From Eledone cirrhosa (taxonomy: Eukaryota), in NCBI GenBank assembly GCA_964016885.1, contig OZ024746.1:45074001-45138000 (forward strand): a stretch of 64,000 nucleotides of DNA, given 5' to 3'. The position numbers and the translations under genes are program-made. The notes below the pieces were generated by a model. That model made no database searches. It was given only the letters and a program-made list of their open reading frames with translations, and had not been told where the DNA came from. This document shows positions 1 through 14,682 of this stretch, piece after piece. The stretch's first letter is position 1, and each line of letters opens with the position of its first letter.

Positions 1-463
1 AAATTTAATTTCATTCGCAACATAAATTTAACGTTCCAATCTTCGGTTCACACATTAGACCATACAGACACCCATTATAGATTCTTTGGGTAGCATTTTT
101 TCGCGGCATTTTCTAGCATGAATGTAGTATGACCCTTACACTACACTTCTTTCTCCATTTCTTTCTTCCTTCTCATTCTTCTTTGACGGAGTGGTGGTAG
201 TTCTTTATAAGCCTTCGCCCCCTCACCCGATATTCATTAGTAGATTCAGTTGCCAACACTCTGAGGGCGACTGGCCGAGAAGCTAGCTGGTCAGTCGCCC
301 TCTTTGTCTCTGTCTTTGATTTTTCGGACACATGGTTTTTAACATATCCCTTTTATTATATTCCAATACCTGATGATATCACCGGATTCATATGGAACCC
401 GATCATTGAGATGATCATAGTATAATAAACTTTCAACGATTTACACCAGTCCAGCCTCCATTC

Positions 464-492
464 ATATATATATATATGTGTGTATATATATA

Positions 493-557
<65 letters not shown>
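464..557. repeat. (TA)n microsatellite
   Basis: Direct dinucleotide run; a second run lies at ~690-730. Confidence 0.95.
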
Positions 558-561
<4 letters not shown>

Positions 562-685
562 ATAATAATAAATTTTAAGACTAAAATCCAAAGAGGGCTC
601 GATAAGGATAAATATATATCAAATATATAAGAACCGTAGAGCAAATATTAGTAGATTCTGTTATTTTAATAAACCTGTTATGTTA

Positions 686-737
<52 letters not shown>

Positions 738-1421
738 TTATAAATGTGTGTGTTTGTGTGTGTATGTATTCGTGAGTGAGTAATGATAATATTATACTAA
801 TATCATTAACATTCGGTTTGTTTACAAGTAAACAGCCTCATAAAACACCACGTGGTAGATGAACAACTTCATCCTTTTGTTCCACTGAGAGAAGACAATC
901 AACAATTGACAATTGTTTCGGATTACCTTGCTTCGTGTCAACATTGTATATTCTGCTTTAGATAGCCGATGTATACATTTGAGAATATTAAGTATTCTCA
1001 GCAGTTCCAGGGAGTAGCAGTTCCAGATGGACGGGATTAATTTCATCTCAATTTCACACACCGGTAATTATAATTCACAATTTCTCCTACAGAATATACT
1101 ATGCAGAGTGGAGGATACAATATTCTGTTTGGTGCATGCAAACCACTGAAGCCTTTTGTAGGATATATGGATGATGTAAGTAGCATTTCTTTGTTCGATG
1201 GGGAATTAACTGTTAGAGTGAATTGGCATCTAGATATAACACATATATATATATGTATATAATTAGTTATTGTGTGAAATACCTTGATGTAAAGTGAAGG
1301 ACAATGTCTTGATTGCAAGAAATTTGACCGTTACAAAGAATCGTATTCACCCCTGCAAATATATATATATATATATATATACGATGTTAATAAATTGAAA
1401 CTATATTTATAAAACCATATT

Positions 1422-1486
1422 TACTTCATTATATATATTTCAAGGATACCAAGTTACATTATGGTATGCCTTCATCAGACAAAATA
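1422..1486 (-). ncRNA. Candidate type-I hammerhead ribozyme in a short TA-flanked insert
   Basis: Minus strand: tattttgt-CTGATGA-aggcatacca(loop)tggtatcctt-GAAA-tatata-TA-atgaagta; stem I pairs with G-U wobbles, short palindromic stem III. Confidence 0.6.
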
Positions 1487-1564
1487 CAATATATAACAGT
1501 TTTATAAATAGACATTGACGTACCCCTTTTAAAAATTGACCCTTGATTTTGGAGGCCATCAGGA

Positions 1565-2678
<1,114 letters not shown>

Positions 2679-2794
2679 TTGGTCGAACACTGGAAGGTAA
2701 TATCCGTAGTGGTAGACCACTCAGTCCACGGGACGAGTTAGGTAGAAGTGGTTACACTACAGATAGTTCACCATACCTAACTGTTGTGTAACCA

Positions 2795-2843
<49 letters not shown>

Positions 2844-4223
2844 TCACATAAACACATACAATACACTCACATAAACACACACAATTACATATATATAAAT
2901 CGATTAGGCCCAAATATGACAAATTAAAGACATAACTCACAACTATGCTATAGATAGCTAAACATAACTATGTGATATTTATTTTCCAGATATCTCTCTA
3001 CACATGTATTCCAACCGAAACTAAAGGAACGAAGAAACAAACAAACTGACGTATGAAAATAAGAGATAACTTACGATATATGTTATCTTAAATATAATCT
3101 GCTCATAAAAGCATTATAATAATCGCATGTAATATCTGTTCTGTGCACCACAATAGAAGCTTATAGATGTTATAACGCCAAAGTTGTAAGTGTTGAGTTA
3201 GCTTAAGGCAAAGATCATCAGACTGCTTTATGCTATTTAATATTGTATCTCTAGGTACTCAGTTCAAATCATTTCTTGACCTTTATTATTCATCTAATAT
3301 AGTTCAAACAAATGTATACCTGTAATATATTGCAGTTATCATAGACAACCGCAACCATCCTCTGTGAAATAAATAATGCCAATTATATGTTGCTGCGACT
3401 GTTCTTTTTAAAGTATTACTACTACAGTCACTACTGCACTGAATATACTTTTACATGCCAATCACACATTGTATTGTTGTTGTTAATAATGATGATGCTA
3501 TCTTTATAAGTTTGATTATAGTCAAATAAATCGATAATATTTTAACACTCATGCGTATTTTCCCAACATTCCAAAGGATATGAATTCATAATCTAATACC
3601 TGGAATGTATTTCATCATGATCGGCACTCTCATCTATAAAAGCAAGAATATCTCACCTCTAAGCCAGCAACATTAATTCTCATAGATGGGAACTATAATT
3701 CTCTCAAACATTCTATTCTCGATGGGAAACTGGAATTCATTCAGACACTGTATTCTATATGCATTGAGACGAAATCCATCCTCAATCAATAAACTCTCCG
3801 TGATGGAACTATTCAATATATGACCTATTTCCGTTGTGCATCCTCTATCCATCTCTTCTGTTTTCTGAATATCTACCGCGAGATGTGCACTTCATAATTT
3901 TCCGAACTAATCTGAAAACTCATCCTTTAACGATAATTAAAAATGTCATTCTTCTTCAGATAGAACAATAACCAATGTTAGTTTTGGCATTTATAAATCT
4001 CAAATTATTACTTTGAGTGATTAAAGGAAAATACCTTTATTTTAAATATTTCATTCTTCTCTCGCTTTACCTTCTGCCACATTTTGTGCACGCGTTTTGT
4101 TTATGAGCTGAATCCATATATATATATATATATATATATGCAAAGGTTGTATATAATTTTGGGGGATTCAACAAGCTTAAAAATGTTATAACTGAATAAA
4201 GCACTCAACAGTATACAATATAT

Positions 4224-4330
4224 ACAATATATTAATAAATGGAAACTATATTTATAAAACCATATTTATTTTATTATATATATTTCAAGGGCAACCAAGG
4301 CAAATTGTTTTATAAATAAATATTGACATA
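4224..4330 (-). repeat. Second, internally deleted copy of the 1381-1520 insert
   Basis: Shares ttaataaat-gaaactatatttataaaaccatattta...tatatatatttcaagg and ttttataaata; the CTGATGA half is missing. Confidence 0.7.
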
Positions 4331-5679
4331 CTTGGAAAAAAAGACAGCCTTAATGGTTGGAGCTTCCTGGATAGTGGAGATATTACTTTTATTTTGTGTG
4401 ATACAAAATTATGAGTGAGTATGCAAATGAGTGTCCGACAGGTTGAAAAGATAACGGTTTATTTAAATTAAACTGTTGGAAGAAGGTGATATGTGAGGGA
4501 GAGAGAAAAAAAAGAAAAAAAAAGAAGAAAGAAATGAGAAAGATAGAAGAGGAAAGAAAGAACGATTATATATATTGACAGTGAAAATAGCGTGCATGAA
4601 GAGATGAATTTCAAAGGATAAATACAGCGTAAGTATATTTAAGTGAGAGAATAAATGAGTTTCAAAGGATAAATACAAGGTAAGTATATTTAAGTGAGAG
4701 AAGAAATGAAGAATAACGTGGAAGAATAATGTTTATAATGCAGGATTCATTATGTTTTGATTATAATATTTATAATGATAGGTTGAAAAATTAGATTAAA
4801 ATTAAAATTAAAAAATTAGAAATCAAAATTAAAGATTAAAATTTACCTTAATATTAAAGATTTAATTTAATAATTTAATAATTAGTTTAAATATGTATGT
4901 TAAGGATTATAAATTATTTAAATAAATATATATTATTTTACATTAGAGCAAATCTAGTATAGTTTATTTTATTAAAAGTTGTATGTCAAACATTTTAAAC
5001 ATCCAAATAATTTTAAATTTATGTAAACTTTTCGAGAGTTTACAAAAGAATAACCACTTAGTTATATTATAAAAACAGTAAGGAAGTTATACGTGATTTT
5101 TTAAGAACTCAGATGACTCTAAGGATTAAATGTTATAAAGTTAAAACGTTAAAAAAATTTGTTATCTTAAGAATATAATTAAAACATGTACCATGTGTTA
5201 TTTTATACGAAGTCATAAATTTACTTGCTATAAAGTTAAAACATTTAAAATATTTATCTTAAGAATATATTTAAAGCATAAACGATAGGTTATTCCACAT
5301 ATAAAAAAAAATCATGTTTTTCCACATATATATAAACATTTGGATATATATATATTAAAAACGTTTGAAAATATAAGAATATAAAAATATAACAATATAA
5401 AAATATTGGAAGGTATGAACATAATGTTTTTTGTATATCTTTCAAAGAAATTTTCAAAAGATGTTCTTAAAACCTTCCGTAAGTTTTTCAAGAAAAAATT
5501 TCCTTAAAGAAGTTTCAAGCAGTCATATAAAGAAATTTTATAATCTATCGATAGGTTTAATAATATATATGTGAAGTAGAGATAATAGAAAGTAAATTAA
5601 ATATATGAATCATATATAGATATAGAAGACATTATGTAAAAGATATAAATCGTATATTACATTTTATATATATATATTT

Positions 5680-7742
5680 AAAAGTTGAGTTTAAACGATG
5701 TTTGCAGGAACTGAATAAATTATTTCGCAAATTAATAGAGTTCTTACTTTTTAGTATAAAGAATATTTCTTTGGCACAAAGGGAGCAATTTTAGGATATG
5801 AAGGAGCTTTGGAAATAATTTTCCAAATTAGGAACATTTATGGTTATTAAAACGAGATTTGAAGTCTGTTGAAGTAGAGCCGACATAGTTAAAGGAGTTT
5901 TCATTTGTTTTGACATTACAATTGTATACTATATTTTTAACTAAACAATTATTATTTAGAGGACAGTTAGATTTATTTCTACAATTACATTTATCTAAAT
6001 TTATATTATTGGGAGCCGTAACATTATATTGGATATTGCTAGGGGTATTAATGCTATTCTGGTTAGGTTTTAAGTTTCTATTATTAATTCTATTAATAGT
6101 TTGCGCTAAATTCATAATGGTGGAATATGAGAGTTTAATAGTAAGTCTATTAAATATTGAGTAATACCTGTGTGTCCTAGGAAAGCACCTATCTAGAGCT
6201 TTAAAGAATAATTTAGCAATAGGAGTTTTAATACTTAATGAGAAAAGGGAGGCGAACCATAATATATTTCTAGTTCTATTTTTTCTTTTGGTTTTCAAGT
6301 TAGTGTAAGGTTTTCTATTATAATTATATTTATAGTTATGGTAAGTTGGCACATCCTTATTATCAATGTATTTAATTTTATTACTATAGCCTGCTCTACC
6401 TAACGCTTCGTTATAATATTGTGCCTTATCTTCAAATATATTTTTATTAGCTGAAATTCTAGAAATACGTTGCTGCACAGAATTTACGATAGTGTTTTTA
6501 ACGGATCTGGGGTGATTGAAATTAAAGTTAACATAGTTTAAATTCTCATTTATTTTATGAAATGGATAATAAAGACCAGTGTTAAGTTTAAAGTTACATC
6601 TAAAAAATTAACTATTTTATAATTATTCTCTACTTCTACTTTAAGATTAACGCTTTTAGAAAGTTGTATAATTTCTTTTCTTTTCCTATTTATTTCACAA
6701 TTATCATTATTTTCACTACGTAATAGCTTATCGTCACGATATAAACCACCCGTCATCTCAGTTAATTGCGCCGAGTCCGATGATCCCATAGTGATATCGA
6801 AATTGTTATCTCTGTCTGCTCTAGTCCAAAGGTGGTTGCTAAATTTAATTAATGTTTTACGTGCAGTTAAGATAATGTGCATTTCATTGCTAGTTAAATA
6901 TGTATATTTAAATGCATATGTAAGGGCTTTATTAACTAGATTAGGAGTGATAGATGAGTAATAATTAGCAATATCCAATTGAATAAATTTATTGTTATGC
7001 TTATATTTAATGTACTTAAACCAGTCGATAACTTCATTAGTCCCATTCCATAATTTTAAATAAGATATTTCCTTAAGTTGTGGTATGATTCTATCTAAAA
7101 TATTCTTGCTAAATATGCCAAGGTCCGATTTAGATGATGCAATCAATCTAACTGGTGATTCAATTTCAAAATGTCTTTTATGGTCCTTAAGATTATTTTT
7201 TGGTTTCCTAGGTATGAAGAGTTGAGTCCTATTTTCGATGCCTAATTCCTGCATTATATAAGAAGCTTCAGTATTTAGTTTTTCAAGGTCATCATTGGCT
7301 GCTCTTTTGTAATTCTTCCTTAATTCCTTCAATATAAGATCATTGTAATTATCCTTTTGCATTCCGTAAAGATTGTTGGTTTTATGTTATTTAACAAGAA
7401 TTTTTTTCCGTTTTTTTCAAAGCTTCCTATATTATTTTTGAGACTGTTTAGGTAACCCTGGCCTACAAAGTGGTTTTTCTTAAATTTAATGCTTTGTATG
7501 ATACAGATAATCTCATTTTCAAATTCCATTAATAGTTTGTTGGAAGGTGGATTCTTTTTGGATTTGAAGATTCTATCAAGATTGGAAATATTTTCTTTCG
7601 CATCAGATTTATCGAAATGAAAATCACGCCATCTTAGTCTTCTTATAAATGAGTCCGAATTTTCTATAAGTTGTTTTAGAAAGTCCTTATTCCTAGGTAA
7701 AGCTATGTCTTTGAGAGAAGAAGAGATCTTAAAGAATTCCAT
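5680..7742 (-). pseudogene. Penelope-like element ORF (RT + GIY-YIG endonuclease), frameshifted and deleted
   Basis: ORFs 7329-7742, 6550-7362 and 5828-6478: SLKDIALP, FIRRLRWR, DIANYYSSI, FDITMGSSDSAQ, GLYRDD, FLDVTLNL, CNCRNKSNCPLNNNC, IVYNC..YVGST..FKSRFNNH; C-terminal CSLC..CKHR near 5700-5785. Motifs resemble Naiad/Neptune-type PLEs. Confidence 0.9.
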
Positions 7743-7891
7743 TTTTAATCAGTTATAATTTAAAGCGCTCAACAATAAAGGAGCAAAACAAATGTTTAAG
7801 CTTGTTGAATCCCAACAAATTAAATATAACCTCTGCATATATATATATATGTTTTGCGAGGTTTTTTATATGAAATCGTATGTCGAAACAA

Positions 7892-8220
7892 ATATTGTTG
7901 TACTTGGGGAGGGTCATACTGTTGTAAAAATATTGCCAGAAATAATAACAGAACACACTAACTGTTTGGTTGGTTTTCGCTTCTGTATATCTTTTATACC
8001 TCCACAGTTAATTCATTCGTTCCTCAATATTTACCATTGACTGACTAACGGTCAAAAATACAGATATAATATAGATATAAACACATATATATAGTCTAAC
8101 AAAGTTCTTTTGTTGCACATCTGCAACATCATCAGTGGTACTATTATTTTCCTCCTGTTGTATTGTATATCTACGCCATTTTTATTTTATCTATTTATTT
8201 ACTTTTGTCTTCTTCTCTGC
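7892..8220 (-). repeat. ~320-bp hammerhead-bearing repeat, copy 1 (pLTR-like), upstream of the PLE ORF
   Basis: Direct repeat of 8995-9312; minus strand CTGATGA-t-gttgca(gatg)tgcaac-aaaa at 8091-8144. Confidence 0.65.
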
Positions 8221-8344
8221 GGGGGTAACCACAGTAAGTAAGGTACTCAATACATAGCAGAGTATAAATGTTTAATATAGAAAAGCTTCTACGGGTCTAG
8301 AAATGATTTCTCACGAATGAAACAGTTCTAATCCTGTAGAAGCT

Positions 8345-8399
<55 letters not shown>

Positions 8400-8408
<9 letters not shown>

Positions 8409-8830
8409 TAAAAAAATAATGAATAAAACAATGAAACAGTTCCTTATATTAAACAAAAAAAGTTCATTATTTAACGATCGTTTCTAGGATATATATGTGT
8501 TAGAATTGGCATGCATATTCAACAGATCTATGTACAAAATTATACAAAATTATACAAACTATCAAGATTAAATATACATACCAAACACACATATATGCCG
8601 TCTTCAGAAATAATCATTATTTCTGAAGACGGCATATATGTGTGTTTGGTATGTATATTTAATCTTGATAGTTTGTATAATTTTGTATAATTTTGTACAT
8701 AGATCTGTTGAATATGCATGCCAATTCTAACACATATATATCCTAGAAACGATCGTTAAATAATGAACTTTTTTTGTTTAATATAAGGAACTGTTTCATT
8801 GTTTTATTCATTATTTTTTTAATATTTTAT
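8400..8830. repeat. 431-bp palindrome (215-bp arms, 1-nt centre at 8615)
   Basis: 8400-8614 reads as the reverse complement of 8616-8830. Confidence 0.95.
8615..8765 (+). ncRNA. Candidate type-I hammerhead ribozyme with long stem II (mirrored on - at 8465-8615)
   Basis: cattattt-CTGAAGA-cggcatatatgtgt...acacatatatatccta-GAAAC-gatc-GTT-aaataatg; 8-bp perfect stem I. Confidence 0.7.
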
Positions 8831-8959
8831 CTTGACTCTGTATTCCGTTTATCTTTCACCGAAAGTGATTTTTCATTGCATCTCTTCTTTCCATGATATC
8901 CGGACTACATTGAGTTCTTCATACGGATTGGACACTACCGTAAACTCTTGGTAGATTTA

Positions 8960-8994
<35 letters not shown>

Positions 8995-9004
<10 letters not shown>

Positions 9005-9312
9005 ACTTGGGGAGGGTCATATTTTTGTAATAATATTGTCAGAAATAATAACATAACACACTCACTATTTGGTTGGTTTTCGCTTCTGTATATCTTTTAT
9101 ATCTCCACAGTTAATTCATTCCGTCCTCAATGTTTACCATTGACTGACCAACGGTAAAAAAAACAGATATAATATAGATATAAACACATATATAGAGCCT
9201 AACAAAGTTATTTCGTTCCACATCTGCAACATCATCAGTGGTACTATTATGTTCCGCCTGTTGTATTGTATATCTATGCCATTTTTATTTTATCTTTTGT
9301 CTTCTTCTTTGT
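8995..9312 (-). repeat. Hammerhead-bearing repeat, copy 2, followed by an inverted partial copy (9313-9390)
   Basis: Repeat of 7892-8220; minus strand CTGATGA-t-gttgca(gatg)tggaac-GAAA at 9192-9247; 9313-9390 is the reverse complement of 8143-8220. Confidence 0.7.
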
Positions 9313-11004
9313 GCAGAGAAGAAGACAAAAGTAAATAAATAGATAAAATAAAAATGGCGTAGATATACAATACAACAGGAGGAAAATAATTGTATTGTAT
9401 GTGTATGTATGTATGCTTGTATGTATATATTAGGTACGTACGTATGTTGGTGTGTGTGTGTGTTTAACGAATCTTTATGTTTAGAATTCATTCTATATCG
9501 GACCTATCTACGTTATACACCCAAGAAATTGCAATGAAATTCGGACTATATATGCATGAACAGACCTAGAAAAATATTTAAAATATTTTCTCATCGTAGG
9601 TTTTCTAAATTCTATTATCTGAAGTTTATTGACTCAACGCATCATATTCTTCACATCTTCCTTGAGTCGGAAATGAGATTATTGTATTCAGAATATTAAG
9701 GTAAACTGGAGTTGAAGAGGAACCCCCATGACATGATATTCGCAGAGAGATGCAAATATGAAATAATAATCATTAAGTAATGTTTCGTACATTGCTGAAA
9801 TATGAAAGTTAGATGCTTCTTAAAATGCGAGCTTCGATCAAGTATACGCTTTTGCAAAATCTGTCTAAGAAACCAGACATTGATAAAACCAGTTGCTTGT
9901 ACAACGATAGGTGGGTTGATGATTTAACTTGCTTTTCAAAAGAGGACAATTTAGCAAAGGCTAATTAGGTTACGATAAATTTAGACACGGTTTGCATTAA
10001 CGGATAAGGCAATCCGTCGATTGTATAGAATAATGCTGATTGGCGATAATATACCTTTAGAGAGTGATATACTTAGCAATTGACACTTGCATAAAAATGT
10101 GTCAACAATATAATTGTCTAATGATATAGTTATCATAGAGTTAATCTATTGAATATATCGATGGCATGGAATTTATATATCGAATATATTGATACATTGA
10201 TATAATTGTCTATCAATATATAGTTTATCAAATGTATGTAGTACGTAAATGATGTAAAGAAAACATAAATACAGTTTGATATTGATATTTAGCCTACGCT
10301 ATAGGTAGGTGAGAATATATAATAGCCAGTGATAAAGTTATCTGGCATTTAGATAACAAAGGATATACACATTATGTGCTGGACGTAATCATTATATATT
10401 TATCTAGTGCTATATTGGTTTTCTCGTTATATTTAACCGGAAACATTCTAAAATCAAATCCAATATCTATAAATATGAAAATCAATTTGGTAAATTAATT
10501 TCATAATAATTTATTACCAAAACCTTTATTACATTATACAGACGAATACTTCGGTAGGAATAATCTCTTTTTGTTTTAATGGTTACAACTATTTATTCTT
10601 ATATATGTTTTAACCTATGGATTGCAACCAGCTGGGGCATCACCAACAAAATTTGGAATATTTTGCCAGTATTTAATTCAAATCAAAATATTATTTGTAC
10701 TAATTTTATAGACAACTTAGAAACTATCATTGATGATCTAAAAATAGGTTATTAACCATGTGGAAACATCGAGAAAATAATCCAGTACGTCTCAACATAG
10801 GAGTGATAGGGAACGGCTTTCGCCTGACATGCAGCTTTGGTACCACAAAAACACAGCTTCAGCACACTGGTACTAAAGAAGCACAGTTCTACACCGATAT
10901 ACCAAAACCTATATATATAGTCTCACACACACACATTCACCGCTACACACATATATATATGAAATGTATAGAGTTTTAACGTACCAAGTTCTCTTCACAT
11001 GTAC

Positions 11005-11090
11005 AATATACTTCTTTTGCCAAACGTTTTCGACTGTGGAATCGAATTCAAAGCTATGTGACTGCAAAGAAATCATCTTAACCACATAGT
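11005..11090 (-). mobile_element. Degenerate tRNA-derived SINE head
   Basis: Minus strand tgtggttaag (A-box-like) and gaattcgattcc (B-box-like) with tRNA-like spacing. Confidence 0.35.
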
Positions 11091-14000
11091 TCTGTTGTTT
11101 TCTTTAATTCAGTGCCAATATGTATAATGATTTTCCGATTTACGTTTCCACTTTTGTGATTCAACGCATAAATAAAGGTGCTGTATCAGAGCACTGCCTA
11201 CCTTCAGCAACAGTAGCTAAATGCAAAATATATGGATGATTGTATGTTTTTCAGTATATTACCTAAGAGTCTGAATGTGATAAATAACGATTATATTTTA
11301 TATATATCATACACGATGTTTGAATATACATAGAAACCCACATTACAATCATAGAGGATATTTTATATTGAGCAAATACTTTTTCATAATCCATATTAAA
11401 GGAATGTTCCCTGTGCCGACTCAATTACAACCGACTCAATTTCACCGAGTTATTCGATTCAATATCAAGTAGCACTATATAGTGATAGCATATGTTATTC
11501 AGAAGTATGAGTTCAAACTAAATTAATATAAGGGAAATATAAGATCAGGGAGATGCATAGTTAGTCTCGGTGACGCAGTTTCACATCGTGCTTCGAAATC
11601 TCTTAGCAATAAAAACATCTGGGGAGAGTATTAATCAGAGCTGTCTACAGATGCTTTCTATTAAATATCGTTTGCAATAAAATTGTTGGCTCTTTTGTCA
11701 TTAATTTGACCTCATCTTCTTTGCATTCATATAAATCAAACTATCCTATCGGAAATCGAAACCATATGAAAACATTCTGTGAGAAATTATAAACTGCCCC
11801 AACGCAATTGCCATATTGAAATAGACTAAAATAGTATCTGCATAACCAAGCGCTGTCTTTTCGATAAATTAGAGTTACTAAACACAGTTGATTTTATTGC
11901 CGATTCTATTAGAAACTAATATTATGCTTTGTCTTAGCATGTTCGTTTTATGGGAATCTATCACTCGACGTTGGATAATATTCCTATTCAAATAATGTCT
12001 ATCACATGCATTTATAAACTATAACACAAGCTAACATTTCTCATCTGTGTGCATATAGGTGCGTCAGACTTTTACGTTAGTAGGGTAGTGTACAGACAAT
12101 AGAATATATTTAGGATTTTGTATCTTTTCCTAGTTTAGACATGATTCTGTTTAAGGTAGTGGGAAGGGACGTGGGAAGAGGGGTGGAAGGTACCCTTAAA
12201 TACGAAACCTGAACCGAATGCTTTCAACAGAGTAAACTCAGTTAATGTCATTAAATCAACATATGGTGTCTTCTACACGTTGTTGCAGAGTGGATATTTT
12301 GTTTCAATCTTACTTAATACCTACGAAGGATGAGGCAGGAAAGTGTGTTTAATATTTCTGTAATAAAATATTGTAACAAATGGAAACAATGTGAAAGTGA
12401 CTTTAGAATTCTAAATGGAATTCTAAAGCTTATCATTGTTAAAAGAACCACCCATGCTATGTTCTTAAGAGTCATTCTCATTTCAGTATTACATAAATTG
12501 TATTATTTATTACAATAGAATTATACATTTCCCTAATGACTGATAGTCATAGTTTTTGCAGCCCCTCAGCATTTAAATCAGATAAAGTAGTTTGATTCAA
12601 TGCAAAGAAGCATACCAGACAAGAGATTTCAACATTATGAAAATTATTTCTTAATCTCCATGCCTCTCTTGAAGCGGATGCATACAATGTAGCAATATAT
12701 ATAAAGAAATGTTGGCTAGAAATCAAATTGTGATAGTGAACTTACATTGCTTATGGCAACAAACCTATTGAATTATGTAAACTCCACAAATATTTGAAAT
12801 CTAAAATTCCCAATAGAATGCAAAAGCTTGAAGTAATTTGGTTTTCCTTCAGTTTTTGTTTTTATTTATCAGGCATAATCTGTTATATTCATAGATAATT
12901 TTATTTTCATCTCACCATATTGTATTGATTGGTAGGCTATTGGTTTTAAAATGCTAGACACAGTAATTATATTCGTGTTCAGTACAAAGTAAATATATAT
13001 TTTCGAGCATTTTATATTGTGGATCATAATCCATAAAAAGAACTATACTCTATATGGAATATATATTTACTGATATATAAAACCAACATGTTTTTAAAAT
13101 GAAAGTAATACTTTTAGTTCGATATGTTCAATTTATCAGTCAATAGTAATTAAATGTAAACGTCATCTATACTCACCTCAACATAATGCTGTTGATAATA
13201 ATTTTAACCCACCAGCATAAAATCGGTGGCACCATTATTTGGGATAAGTAACGAAATATATCCATTGTAAAATATGTTTTCTCTACGAAATGTCTTAAGT
13301 GCAAATAACATTGTCAAAAGGAGCATTCTCAAACTGATAAGTCTTTGATTGCTTCTTATCTGCCTACACATATGCGTTACACTTGCTCTCATGCATGTTA
13401 TCGATCCGGAAGGTCATATCTGGAACGGTTTCGTTTATTCATCAGTGTGATCAAAGAATAAATGCTATTGCGACATTCCTATATTTCATCCAAGGAATTT
13501 ATTTTCAATTTTGATCGCAAATATTGCATTCATATGCATCCTTTTAGTGTCGATGTATCAACTCGTAATATGACATTTCACCATTTTCGCATCAAGCTGA
13601 AGTGGACGACTCTAAGCAATCACTCCATTTTACAGGAATAACAACCATATTTCACTTCAAACTAAATAATTCAACCTTTAAAAAAGGGAAAAAAGATTAT
13701 GTACCTTCCGATATGTTATGCTTTAAAATGAGATGGAATAATCATGTCATTGATCATAATTATGCACGATCAGACCTTAACTCGGCCTAAACAACAACAT
13801 CTATTCTGGATGACTAAACAACACTTTTGTAAATAACACAATTACATGATTATAAGAAGCGCGTATAAATACAAGTATTCTCACCTACTATTATAAAATG
13901 TCTGATTATAATTAGTTGTAATCAAAACACGTAATGCATTAAACATGAGTACAGTCGTTGTACATTAACGTCCAACATAATTTAAACACAGCTTTGTAAA

Positions 14001-14460
14001 GAATATGCATAATTGATCGACTGATTAAAGTAAACTATTCTCTTTATATATTATTTCTAGATTAATGATACATCTCTACTCCTCATTTTTAATCTTACTA
14101 ATTCCATTGATCCCCCAACATCATAGTCTAGCTGATTTGAGTTTGTACTCCAGCTGCTCTATTTTCCTTTCTTCGTATCTTTACACTAAAGCATATTTGG
14201 AAGGCGATGTCTAACTAAAACTACAGAAAATAAATCTAATAACTCCACAAACTAGATCTGTTTTAGATAGCGCTGGAAAACACCTTCACTAAATACAGAT
14301 CTAAACATTTTATTGCTGATGTGGTTTTGTTTGTTCTCTTTCCCGTTTCTTTTTTTTCTGTCGTGTCTTGGCAACAGTCATTGAAGTGTTTATAGAGTAA
14401 TCTAAAGTTGGGTACATTGGAAACTATAATAGTTTGTAACAAAACAAGGAAATGTTAGGA

Positions 14461-14682
14461 ATAATTGTTTCTTATATAGGCACAAGGCCAGCAACTATCG
14501 GGCAGGGAAGTATCGATTAAATCGACCCCAGTGCGTGACCGGTACTTTATTTTATCGACCCCGTAAGGATGAAAGGCAAAGTTAACCTCGGCGGGATTTG
14601 AACTCAGATCATAAACGACCGTAACTCTATGCTGCAAAGCATGGCATCCGGCCCTCTACCGATACTGCCAATCCACCGCCTT
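14461..14682 (-). mobile_element. tRNA-derived SINE, near full length
   Basis: Minus strand A box tggcagtatcggtag, B box gagttcaaatccc, core gcctttcatccttacggggtcgataaaat; homologous to 48717-48891 and 16913-16985. Confidence 0.85.

Noticed and set aside
360-430. CTGATGA suggesting another hammerhead
   Set aside because: No GAAA or stem III at the expected position
4606-4710. ~51-bp tandem duplication, and another repeat at 5133-5290
   Set aside because: Ordinary local duplications in AT-rich DNA with no further structure
14580-14682. tRNA gene
   Set aside because: A and B boxes are present but there is no cloverleaf; it is the head of a multi-copy SINE
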